DNA of 64,000 nucleotides, from the NCBI RefSeq assembly GCF_009914755.1, contig NC_060929.1; one strand, 5' to 3'. This DNA is from the human T2T-CHM13v2.0 reference genome, Homo sapiens. Under the pieces are notes generated by a model. The model made no database searches. It was not told the origin of the DNA and saw only the letters and a program-made list of their open reading frames with translations. Below, piece after piece: positions 45,570 through 57,729 of the stretch. Position 1 is the stretch's first letter. Every line of letters begins with the position of its first letter. The position numbers and the translations under genes are program-made.

Positions 45570-45818
45570 TGAATTACAAAACCCCTTATCCCAAACATTT
45601 CTCATCCTCTCTCCCAGCTTTAATTTTTTCCATAGTACCTGTTAACATGTAAATTATAGTATACTTTCCTCCTTTATTTTTTTGCTCTTACCCTCTCCCC
45701 CATTAAGATGTAAGCTCCTGGGGGCCCCTGTTCTTGTCTGTTTTGCTTACTATTACATCCCAGTCTCCAGACATGGCACATTGGCTCAGTAAATATTTGT
45801 TGAATGAATAAATGAAAT
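45570..45818 (+). mobile_element. L2 3' end flanked by MIR fragments
   Basis: gatgtaagctcc...cagtaaatatttgttgaatgaataaatgaa tail. Confidence 0.75.
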
Positions 45819-45987
45819 ACATGCCTCACACTTTCCATTAGCAATGTTGTTAGGGTTATGAGAAAGATAACCAAGATATTCTATGTAAAAGCATATTAGA
45901 GGCATGGAATATAATAGGTATTTCATATGTCTGTTCATTTGTGTTTATTGTCTAATACATGATCTGTCAGTAGGTTGTCTGTAGAGA

Positions 45988-46110
45988 AGGTGACTAGATG
46001 TTTTAGTTTATCCAGGACTGTCCCAGTATGCCTACAGTCTGGCAAAAATTATTATCAGCAACTTATTTCACAAATGTCCTGATATGGATAATAAATTATA
46101 TGATCACCCT
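45988..46110 (-). mobile_element. MER94-like hAT-Blackjack MITE
   Basis: Termini aaggtgac...ataaattatatgatcaccct, with internal ggactgtccc. Confidence 0.65.
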
Positions 46111-46369
46111 ATCTAAAGATGAATCATGCATATGAATTGTCCTTAGAGCAAAAGTTTACCTCATACCATATAACCTGAGTTATACTAAAAATGCAATAAA
46201 AAAGCTTTCAAAATTCATTAATGTTTAATTTAACAGTAAAGTAGGATAATAGTCTAACATGGCAGTATGTGGAAAAGGGAAATATTTCGGTTTTAACATA
46301 AGAGAAATATTAGCAACTTTCAAGTATTAAATAGTGCTTAAGCATTTAAATGCTGAATTCAGTATTTTT

Positions 46370-46570
46370 TAAGTTAAAACTCTAATTCCAGCACTTCTTG
46401 CCTGTAAAACCGTAGACAGTAGACAGTTTGTGAATTTATGTGAGCCTCTACTTTCTCCTCTGTTTAAAAGGGATAATAGTATTCATGGCCTTCATGTGAG
46501 ATATTAAAATAAATATAAGCTTTAACAAAGTGCCTGGCATATAATAAACACTAAATAAGTACTAGCTTCT
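46370..46570 (+). mobile_element. MIR
   Basis: tgagcctc...ctctgtttaaaagggataatagt...agtgcctggcatataataaacact. Confidence 0.65.
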
Positions 46571-46989
46571 TTCTCTTAGCATTGAATGGAGGAAAAACTT
46601 TCAGAAGTAGTACTGTCAGAGGCTTTGGAACCAGAGAGACTCTGTCTTGCATAGGGCCTGGTAAAATAAGGCTGAGACCTACTGGGCTGCATTCCCAGGA
46701 GGTTAAGGCATTATAAGTCACAGGATGAGATGGGAGGTGGGCACAAGATACTGGTCACAAAGACCTTGCTGATAAAACAGGTTGCGGTAAAGAAGCTGGC
46801 CAAAACCCACCAAAACCAAGATGGTGATGAAAGTGTCTTCTGGTCCTCCTCACTGCTCATTATACACTAATTATACATTATGCATTAGCATGCTAAAAGA
46901 CACTCCCACCAGCACCATGACAGTTTACAAATGCCATGGCAACATCAAAAAGTTACCCTATGTGGTTTAAAAAGGGGAAGAACCCACAG

Positions 46990-46998
46990 TTCTGGGAA
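46990..46998 (+). promoter_or_regulatory. GAS (STAT) motif TTCTGGGAA within MER41B
   Basis: Matches TTCNNNGAA. The partner site at 47011-47019 is GTCCCGGAA, one mismatch. Activity is not shown. Confidence 0.5.
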
Positions 46999-47144
46999 TT
47001 GCCCACCTCTGTCCCGGAAAATTCATGAATAATCCACCTTTTGTTTAGCATATAATCAAGAAATAACTATAAGTATACTAAATTGAGTAGCCCATGCCCT
47101 GCTCTGCCTATGGTGTAGCCCTTCTTTTATTCCTTTATCTTCTT

Positions 47145-47244
47145 TTTTTAAATTATACTTTAAGTTTTAGGGTACATGTACACAACGTGCAGGTTTGTTA
47201 CATATGTATACCGTTCAGGACATAGGCATGGGCAAGGACTTCAT
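47145..47244 (-). mobile_element. 100-bp twin-primed L1PA inside MER41B
   Basis: Perfect 15-bp TSD TTCCTTTATCTTCTT at 47130-47144 and 47245-47259. Confidence 0.88.
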
Positions 47245-49657
47245 TTCCTTTATCTTCTTAATTACCTTGCTTTCACTTTAAGGACTCACCCTGAATTCTA
47301 TCTTGTAAGAGGTCCAGAAGCCCCCTCTCTTGGGGTCTGGATCAGAGGCCCTTTCCCATAACAGTACTATTGGTTTCCTTTGATCACAAGGCAACAAAGT
47401 GGCTTTGTAGTGTAACTGATTATTTAAATATTACATGACTGGCTAAAAGTGGATGAAATTGCCTAGCTTCCACAGTGGTAGTAATCTACTTCTAACTCCA
47501 TTGATTTTATGTCATTGTGTTTTGTTAATAAATGTTATTGAATAAAATACCAGATCCATAGTAAATAATCTCTGGTGTTTGTATTTTTTACAAAGGACCA
47601 TGAACATAATGAGTGGTCAGTAAATATTTGAAAACAAAAATAAATAATGTAGTATTCTGAGACATTCAAGCAAACTGTAATTTTAAGACTATGTTAGACA
47701 GGACTTCTACTTGCAGAAAGCTAAGACTTGTCACAACTGTAAGCTGGCAAAGTGGATAATAGTTAATGAGATTAGAGTCTTTACTCTTAGGTAGCTTCAC
47801 CACTTAGAAATTTTCACCACCTAGATGACAGTAACTTTTAATAATAAATTATTTGGAGTTTTACTTTGATAGTAATTTAGACCTGAACCTGCAGCTATGA
47901 TCTACTACAATACCTTGTCTAACAAAAAGGAAAAATAAGTTTCAGGTAAATTATTTGCTAAAGGCAAATAATTAGAAGCCAGGTCTCCTAATTTGGAGGT
48001 CAGAATTATTTTGGCTTTTTCTTTAATGTCTGTGTGTTTTTAATCATAGTGACATTATTTGAAAAGATATTTGATTATTCAATATTGTCTTCTATAATAA
48101 AAATAATAAATAGTTTAGAAGATAACTTGGGATTTCAATTGTTCTATTTTGAATGACTGTCCATTTTCCATATATTTGTAATAAAAGTTTTACCAAATTA
48201 TATTTTATAAAGAAAATACTTACTAGTAAGAACTTGATATTTTATTATTAAAATATTCTAATGAAAATTAGATTCTAAGGCTAAAAGATTATTTATTTTA
48301 ATAATAAAGCAAATCTATTAGTTATTAGTTTCTCAAGCAGAAAATTATACTGTTTTAGTTTAATGAATTACAGAATTTCCATTATTTCTTGGAGAATATT
48401 TTTATTTCCAGGTTATGCCCAAATAGTTACAAAACGTAATTTGCCTATAAAATGCAACTAACATCTTTTCTTAGACCCCAAAATTTTATAAAAGGTGCTA
48501 TTCAGCCATTATCTGCTAAGATTATATATTGTGAGTTATCATGTGTCTACTGTTATTTTATGTCATTTTCAATAATACTGAAAAATGATGTGTTACTTTG
48601 CTTTGCTCATATCCCTTGGAGTTGATTATGTAAGATTGACTAAAAGTGTCAGGAATAGTCTGTGACTAATTATGGGCCTCTTTGAAATATCGAGAACCTT
48701 CTTTATCACATCAGAGTGAGCTCATCTTTCTAAGCCTTCTGTTATTCTTTTGGTTTCTCAAATATTGTGATCTTTTTCAAGATTTACAGAAATTTTAGGA
48801 ATAGATACTAGAACAGTATTTTGTTCTATGTAATATTAATCCCTTAAAAGTTTTAGTTAAACTGTATTGCATTGTCCTGAAAATACTTTTCTAAGCATGT
48901 CTTTATTTATATGATTATATCCATTGTATAGAGTGGTATTGAGATTAAGGCTTTTAAAGGAGAAAGACCATGTCAAAGAGTCCTTCTATAATAGCTGGAA
49001 ATTATAATAAAGCTTACACTGAACTGGAAATATTCAAATCCTGTAGAAGTTTAAGAGAAAAAGTCAGGTTTAAAGGACATAACATCCTAGTTTGTTGTTC
49101 TTTGATCTGCTATTTGCAGAAAGCTAAGAATTCATCAGATACAAAGATAATATTTTGCAGAAATATATACAGAGTAAAACTTAGAAAGTTATGTTATCTG
49201 TAGATTCATGTTCATGACATGCACATAAAATTCCATTATTCTGCAGTAAGCTATTGTCATAACAGAAATATAGGCTTCATTATTGAACATGACATACAAA
49301 CAACTCTAACATAATTTACCATGCAAATAGTAATACATAATTTACCACATAAGTAGTACCATGATACTACTTACAGACAAGAAGCAATACAAAGGGTCTA
49401 TGTTAAATACAGAACATGTACTTTTGGCCAGTAATTTCCAAACTCAGACCGCACAGCATAATCAGCTAAATACTTTTACTAAAAATGCAGATTCCCAGAT
49501 CTCACATGAATTTATTGACTAAGAAATTCTACGTCTTAAAATCCATCATTGTCTTTAAAGAAAAATCTCTCCTGTCATTCTGAAGTGTACACTCAACATA
49601 TGAATATATGGTTTAATTTATAAATATTGCATAAATATGCATAGGTAGTTAGGATAA

Positions 49658-50034
<377 letters not shown>

Positions 50035-50966
50035 TAAGATACAATTTTGTAAAAAGACATGGCATTTAGGAAAGGAGTATTACTCTGAGCACAACTGTAG
50101 AGGTAGAAATAGAAATTGCATGGAAATGATTAGTTTATAAAATAACAAATTGTTTTTAATAGGATGGAGTCAAATACAAAGTTAAAGAAGTAAACACATG
50201 CCAGCCTGGATATAGTGGGATACTGGGCTTTATCTTGTAGGCAATGGTAAACTCAATAACCAAAGATTTTTGTCCAAGGAGCATATATATGTAAATAAAT
50301 TTTGAAGGAATGCATTTTCAATTAATATGTGCCATTCATTGGTAGGCTGAGGACTAAAAACAAATCATACAATAGTACATTAGATTTGAGATAATGAGGA
50401 TTTGTGCAGAATGCTTCTTGTGCTAAGAAAAATAAGAAAAGAGATGAGCCCAATGATGATCGTAAAGGAAGAATTGACAGCAAAGAGAATGCAATACTAA
50501 TAGTGACTTAGGAAAATACAGGGGAAAAAAGTATTACAAATGATATGTCTGTATACTTAAAAGATGACAATCAGAAAATATTTACCAATTTGTAATCAGA
50601 ATAGAATACACCAAGATAATTCATTTAAATAATTCTAATTGTATTAATAAACCCTTTAAGCAAAATATTCTTTATCTTTTTACATAGAAAATAAAATGGC
50701 TAGTAAATAAATCATTATTTTCAGAAACACAAGCACATTTCCCCTCTTACATATAGTTTTGATACCATAAAATAACGGTATTTTCTCAGACAAATTAGCA
50801 TCAGACTATTTGTGTCAAAAAACAAATTTAGTGATATATGTATGAAACCAAGAGACTTCCCTGGTAAAAATTGTTACACATCAAATATGTTCTTTGCAAA
50901 ATATTTTACAAATGAAAATAACATTTAGTTGAAATGCAAGAAATCGGTTAAAAGTGCACTTGATTA

Positions 50967-52714
50967 ATAAAAGCCGTATATGACATACCCACAGCCAACA
51001 TCATACTGAATGGGAAAAAGTTGAATGCATTTCCCCAAAACTGGAACAAGATAAGGATACCCACTCACCACTCCTCAACATAGCCCTGGAAGTCCTGGCC
51101 AGAGCAATCAGGCAAGAGAAAGAAATAAAACATCCAAATTTTAAAAGGGGAAGTCAAATTATCTGTGTTTGCTGATAATAAGTTTGTATACCTAGAAAAC
51201 TCTAAAGACTCCTTCAAAAGACTCCTAGACTTGATAAATGGCATCAGTGAAGTTTCAGGATACAAAATCAATGTAGAAGCATGTCTATACACAAATAGCA
51301 TTCAAACTGAGAATGAAATCAAGAAGACGGTCCCATTTACAATAACCACACACACAAAAGAATTACTTAGGAATACGTTTAACTAAGAAGGTGCAAGACC
51401 TCTACAAGGAGAGCTGCAAAACACTGATGAAAGAAATAAGTGACACAAACAAAAGGAAGAACATCCCATGCTCATATATTATAAGAATCAATATCATTAA
51501 AATGACCATACTACCCAAAGCAATCTAGAGATTCAGCACAAATCCTATCAAATTATCAATGTCATTTTTCACAGAATTAGGGAAAAAAAATCCTGAAATT
51601 CATACAGAACTCCAAAATAGCCTGAATAGCTGAAGCAATCCTAAGTAAAGAACAAAGCTGGAGCCATCACATTACCTGACTTTATGCTACAAGGCTATAG
51701 TAACGAAAATAGCATGGTACTGGTACAAATATAGATACACAGATCAAGGGAACAGACAAAAGAACTCAGAAACAAAACCACATACCTATAGCCAACTGAT
51801 CTTCAACAGAGTCAACAAAAAAATGCAATGAGGAAAGGACAACCCTATTCAATAAATGATGCTGGAAAAATTGGATAGCCATATGCAGAACAATGAAACT
51901 GGACCCCTATCTCTCACCATATACAAAAATTTACTCAAGGTGGATTAAAGACTTGAACATAAGACCTGAAAGTTAAAATCCTAGAAGAAAACCAAAGAAA
52001 ATGCTTTTGGACTTTGGCATATGCAAGGAATGTATGAGTAAGACCTTAAAAACAAATGCAACAAAAACAAAAAGGCACAAATGGGACTTAAGTAAATGAA
52101 AGAGCTTCTGCACAGCAAAAGAAATAATCAGCAGAGTATACAGAAAACTAACTGAATGGGAGAAAATATTTTCAAACTATGCATCTGACAAGGACTAATA
52201 CTCAGAATCTGCAAGGAACTCAAACAACTCAACAAACAAAAAAACAACTAGCCCCATTAAAAAGTGGGCAAAGGACATGAACACACATTCCTCAGGAGAG
52301 ACACACAAGCAACCCACAAACATATAAAAAATGCTTAACATCACTAATCGTCCAAGAAATGCAAATTAAAACCAAAATGAGATACCATCTCATACCAGTC
52401 AGAATGGCTACTATCAAAAAGACAAAAAACAACAGATGTTGGTGAGGTTGGAGAGAAAAGGGAATACTTATACATTGTTAGTGAAAATGTAAATAAACAC
52501 AACTACTATAGAAAACAGTATGGAGGGTTCTCAAACACCTAAAAATAGAACTACCATTTGACTCAGCAGTCCCACTATTGGGTATCTATCCAAAGGAAAC
52601 AAAATCCTTGTATCAAAAAGACACCTCCACTCATGTTTATCACAGCACTATTCATATTAGCAAAGTTATGGAATCAATCAAAGTGTCCACCAACAGATAA
52701 CTGGATAAAGCAAG

Positions 52715-52771
<57 letters not shown>

Positions 52772-53095
52772 ATATGCAGCCAAAAAAGAATGAAATTATG
52801 TATTTCACAGCAACATGAATGGAGCTGGAGGCCATTATCCTAAGTGAAATAACTCAGAAACAGAAAATCAAATATTGCATGTTCTTACTTGTAAGTGGGA
52901 ACTAAACAATGGGCCCACGTGGACATAGAGAAAGAGAGAAAATAGACATTGAGGTCTCCAAAAGCAGAGAGTTGAAAATTTAGGTACTTGGTACAGTGTT
53001 CACTGTCTGAGTGGTGGGTATACTAGAAGCCCAAACCTTACCATTTTGCTATATATCTATCCCCTGAATCTATAAAAATAAAAAAGAGAAAAAAA
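50967..53095 (+). mobile_element. 5'-truncated L1PB/L1MA, ~2.1 kb
   Basis: Degraded ORF2 RT remnants ([28 protein letters not shown]), 3'UTR and A tail. Confidence 0.9.
52715..52767 (+). repeat. (TG)n microsatellite
   Basis: Read directly; one CG interruption. Confidence 0.95.
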
Positions 53096-53708
53096 GTACC
53101 TTTTACCTGAGAAATTCAGATTATCAAATATTTTTATTAGCATAATACTAACATCATCTAATCTACCAAGAAAAAGCAATTACTTTAATAACATATCTGG
53201 CTAAGACATCTTGATATAATTTATAAACATTTTAAGGCCAGAGAAAATAAGGCAGATGAGTATATTTAAAGACTGTAACAAGGATCCAGCTCTAAAAGTA
53301 GACATGTGCTAACTTCTGAACATCGATGATTAAATTAAATAATAATAAATCAATTATTTGTTTGCAAACCATGTGTTAGACCTTGGAAAGCTGTCTGCTC
53401 AAGCATTACTGGTGTCATTCACTCTCTTTCTCTTCAAGTCATACTGTACCTTTTTCTTTATCCTTCTTTACTCTTATGTCCTTTTCATTACCCAAAACTC
53501 TGTCTCAGATCAGCCAGAGGTTCTCAAAGGCATTGTGCCCAATTTATGAGCATCAATGTTTCTGACCCATGTTTTGCATTGACTGTGGATGTTGCAGCTC
53601 ATATTTAATTTTAAGAAACATTTAGAGAATGTTCCCACACCCTAGAAAATAATAACAGCAAAAAATAAAAATAAAAAAGAACCTAAACAAACCTTGTATT
53701 TCTCCTAG

Positions 53709-53886
53709 TGCTCAATTACCTGTGGCAAAGGAATGCAGTCCCGTGTAATCCAATGCATGCATAAGATCACAGGAAGACATGGAAATGAATGTTTTTCCTC
53801 AGAAAAACCTGCAGCATACAGGCCATGCCATCTTCAACCCTGCAATGAGAAAATTAATGTAAATACCATAACATCACCCAGACTGG
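53709..53886 (+). CDS. ADAMTS19: ADAMTS19 penultimate exon ([16 protein letters not shown]...NTITSPRL)
   Basis: tctcctag acceptor, G|gtaagc donor. 178 nt, phase 0 to 1. Last TSR. Confidence 0.95.
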
Positions 53887-55843
53887 GTAAGCAGACAAAA
53901 AAAAAAGATGCTTTTGAAAAACATAGAAATGCTTATGGCTTCTTGTATTTTGTATATTACTTTAAACCTTGATAGTTGTAAATCTATACTGATTATTTTG
54001 GTTTGCACTAAATTGGATCCATTTAAATATGATTTCGTCCAAATGGTCAGGTGGGTAAAAAAGTCCTAAAAACTTAAACTGCTTTGATTCCCAAAGTTGT
54101 CCAATCAGAGCCAGGTCCAGGAAATAATGCCACACCACCCCAGGTCTTTTTGTAACCAAAATTTAGACTCGGATCAATCTCATGGCAGAACTATCAATTA
54201 AGTTAATATCTGTGGAAAGATGAGATTGTAGTGTAAGCCTTAGATTTCTCCATGGTTGATAGCCTTCCTTGTGATCTGGGTATAAATTATTCTTTGGAGG
54301 GACACAGACTAAAAAATGTCTTTCAAGAAGAATGGGTGCATGGATCTACACCATTAAACAAGAAGTTCTATTTTCTTTTTAAGTTTTGAGAATATGATAC
54401 TAAATAAAAAATACATTCTAGTAATATTGACTATATTGATATTTACATTGTTTTATGTTATGAAATGCCTTCATATATATATCCTCAATTTCTGTTATTT
54501 AATCTAACCCATAATTGAGAATTAGACTACATATTTTAAGTAGATATAGCCTACACTTGCATAACAAATACTAATGAATGATTTAGCATTTACATCTTGA
54601 CTATTAGTAGCATTTAACAGCACTCTTGCCTCATTGTCAGTGGGTTAATTTATATTTAATACCTTTGGTTTTAACCTGTGCATATAATCTCCAGGGGAAC
54701 AATTGGAATCATACAAAATAATATTACCAAAATGTAAGAAGATAAATTATCATGTGTATTTTTCCAGGCATAAGACTCAATCAAATGTGAAAGCTTGGTT
54801 TCTTCGAAATACAAAAATTCTCTTTTTAGGGCCAAATAATTAACTAGCATTCCTAAGAAATAATGAGTTCAAGGTGAATAACACTAATTAAGACAAAAAG
54901 TTAAGCAATTCTAGAGCAGATGTACTAAATCCATTTATTCAATAGCAGTATAATTCCTTTCTCCAACAATTAGTTGGAGTCCTTGAAATATTACATGGCA
55001 GAAAATAATGGATTAAAAGAAAAAATTTGTTAAAATTGCATTTTCTCTATTTATTATTCCTTGAAGGTATACCCCAAAATACAGAAGCACAATGGTTAGG
55101 AAAATCTAAGGTGTTTAAAAATAGAATAATTATATTAGAATACGATTCATTCTCATATGCAAAAGAAATAATTGTAGCAGCAGTGACTTTCATTATGCAT
55201 TCCAGAACACACTGTTTTACAAAAAGGGAGGCCAAGTCTACATGACCAAATATTCTATACCAACTTCTCATTTCAAACACTTCAACTATTGCTGTAAATC
55301 TCAGTCGCTTGTGATGATATGCATTAATTTTTATAGAAGCCTGAAATCACAGCTCCAGGTAATCCATTTAGATGTGTCTGTTATCTGGGGAAACTAGGAA
55401 TATGAAATAACTGTGAGCATATTTTTACTTTGCTGTTTCCTTGTAATTTCAACCCTAATAATAGTATTTATTAATTTGTATTCACATAAAGGTAGATATA
55501 TTGAGCACATTTATTTTTCTTTTTAATTTTCTCTACTAAAATTCAAAAGCAACTTAAATGCAAGCTATGAAACTGAAGCTTAAAAGTACAACACATTGAA
55601 CCTGGGAATTATATCTTTAATAGGCCTAAAAACATTTATAAGTAAAAATATTATTCATTCTTTACTTTTTAATCATAGGAGGTGTGTATGTGTGTGTATC
55701 TCTTTCTTGTTTAAATTCCAGAAGGTAATATAAATGAACCAAAGAGAGTGTACAAAATCCGCCCCACTTAAACGCTTGAAGTTGGTTTTTACTGACATAT
55801 ATGATATCTGCATGGAGTGAATTCACTATGTTCTGTTTCACAG

Positions 55844-55995
55844 CTGCTCTGACTTTCAAGTGCCTGGGAGATCAGTGGCCAGTGTACTGCCGAGTGATAC
55901 GTGAAAAGAACCTATGTCAGGACATGCGGTGGTATCAGCGCTGCTGTGAAACATGCAGGGACTTCTATGCCCAAAAGCTGCAGCAGAAGAGTTGA
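55844..55995 (+). CDS. ADAMTS19: ADAMTS19 terminal coding exon, PLAC domain ([50 protein letters not shown])
   Basis: ttcacag acceptor in phase 1. PLAC cysteine pattern ending CCxTC. TGA at 55993-55995. C-terminus recognised as ADAMTS19. Confidence 0.95.
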
Positions 55996-57111
55996 CCTCT
56001 AGCAGGCTGGCTGGATCACAGCTCTTGGCAATTACATTATTTATAAACACACACACTAGCATGTTTTTCAGACCAAATATTATCAGATTACATATAATTT
56101 AATCAAATTAATTTATTTTTTTGCCTGCCAAACATCCAATGTGGTGCTTGTTTTGGTTACACAAACATTTTGATTTATACTATATGGCTTCATAAATAAT
56201 TTTATATGAATGAATTAGTTGGATCCAGTAATATAATAAAAAGAAAAAGGAAAAAAATAGATCATTATACTTAAAACAAGTTTTCGTTGTTTGTTAGGGC
56301 TATCTCTAAGGTGCTACTCTCTCCCCACCAATAACATTGAATTATCCAGAATGTATACTGACTTAGCATAATAGTTTAGGTGTATATGAAGAGAAACTAT
56401 TTTTGTTTTTTGGTGTCCTGCTGCAGAATTAGCCCATTTTCTGTCACCTGCAGGAGATGTGTAAACATAATGAACCTCATGCTGTTGAACAGGTTTTTAG
56501 AGAATGTATTATGAATTTGGTTCAGATTTATAGACATCCATAGGAAAAATTCTGCTGTAATTATAACCTTATTTTGATATGGAAAAGAAAAGTCAAAATA
56601 GAGACTTTGATCATGTTCATGAACATGTACTTGAACACAAGTATTGTAACAATGAAACACTGTAATGATTTACACTGAATCACAATTGCACTGTTGATAT
56701 AGTGTAGAGAAATCGTTAGAAATGGTGACATCTTACAAAAAATGTGTATTATTTTAACATGTTATCACTAGATTTTAGCTTTTTTTAAATATTTTTAACA
56801 AAGAAAACATTGATCCACCCATTTCCCTGTATCTTTTTAGCAGATTTATTAAAGAGTATAGTACTTAGCCTCACGAATCATAATTAGAAAATTTACTAGT
56901 ATTTCTCAGCCTTTTCCCTAGGAACAAGGAAAAACAGAAAGCATATAATACGGTGGTCGTTTCATTGTGTTTTTCTTCCTTTTAAAAATTAAAAAGTTTT
57001 ACAATTATGTGAAACGTTCAAAAGCCAGCTTAAAATTTTTCTTGTGAGAAAATATTATACATGATTCACATGATTTCTTAGATTTTTCAATAAAATATGT
57101 AAAACTTCCCA
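55996..57111 (+). other. ADAMTS19: ADAMTS19 3'UTR
   Basis: AU-rich sequence with no recognisable repeat between the stop codon and the first canonical AATAAA. The end is inferred from a CA at 57110-57111. Confidence 0.7.
57089..57094 (+). terminator. Polyadenylation signal AATAAA
   Basis: First canonical hexamer I saw after the stop codon. A variant ATTAAA lies at 56848-56853. Confidence 0.7.
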
Positions 57112-57112
57112 C

Positions 57113-57554
57113 TGAGAGACAATTCTTCATAGACTTGTCACATATCCACATGTCTGATGAACAAAGGTACTGTCTACTTTTGTTCTGGAGTATCTTCTAG
57201 AGGATGTTTATAGAGTGAACTGCCTTGGAAGATAGTATGTCTCTTGGGAGCAAAGGGCAAACATACTTCTCATTATAAAAGTTTCAGGTTCCCTAAAATT
57301 GGGGTTTCTTTACTATAAGACAATCCAATGTATGTTCTGAGGTCACCTGGCTCTCTTCATGTCACCCTTTGGGAAATGGGGCTCAACGAGCCAGTACAGG
57401 AAAAGCTGATTCCCTGGCTACTACTATCGCTGTGAGTAATAAAGTCCTTTGTGTCTAATGCAGGAGTCTCATGTCTTCTACCCTGAAATCATAACAGGCT
57501 AACTTGATAAGTTGCAAGTAAGGTAAAACCTCAAAAGCTTCACAGTTCTTTACA
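57113..57554 (+). mobile_element. Solo LTR (ERVL class, LTR47-like)
   Basis: TGAGAGACAATTCT...TTTACA termini, internal TATAAAA and AATAAA (57438-57443). No clear TSD. Confidence 0.6.
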
Positions 57555-57729
57555 TTTCTGTCATTAATATTTTTCGCCTTCATTTTAATAAATGTGTTTT
57601 AATATCGAGGTCACCTTTTTCCTAGATTGACCATTCCTATGTAGGTCCTTTAATTTAATTGCTGAGATATAGGGTTAACCAATATCAACAAATTTTATGT
57701 GAAATAGTAGACGAATGGGAGAAGGAAAA

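Larger units (their letters stand above)
46614..47363 (+). mobile_element. MER41B solo LTR (ERV1)
   Basis: TGTCAGAGGC...TAACA termini, perfect GTAC TSD, and the B-type segment that carries the GAS motifs. Confidence 0.88.

Noticed and set aside
49309-49372. Short direct duplication (acataatttacca twice) with a 9-bp hairpin; similar short duplications near 5170, 8712 and 33548
   Set aside because: Only two copies each in AT-rich DNA. This is ordinary slippage with no array or CRISPR-like spacing.
51165-51386. RT-like peptide, and other ORF2 peptides at 28993, 40650 and 41234
   Set aside because: Frameshifted remnants of truncated L1 elements, not an active reverse transcriptase system.
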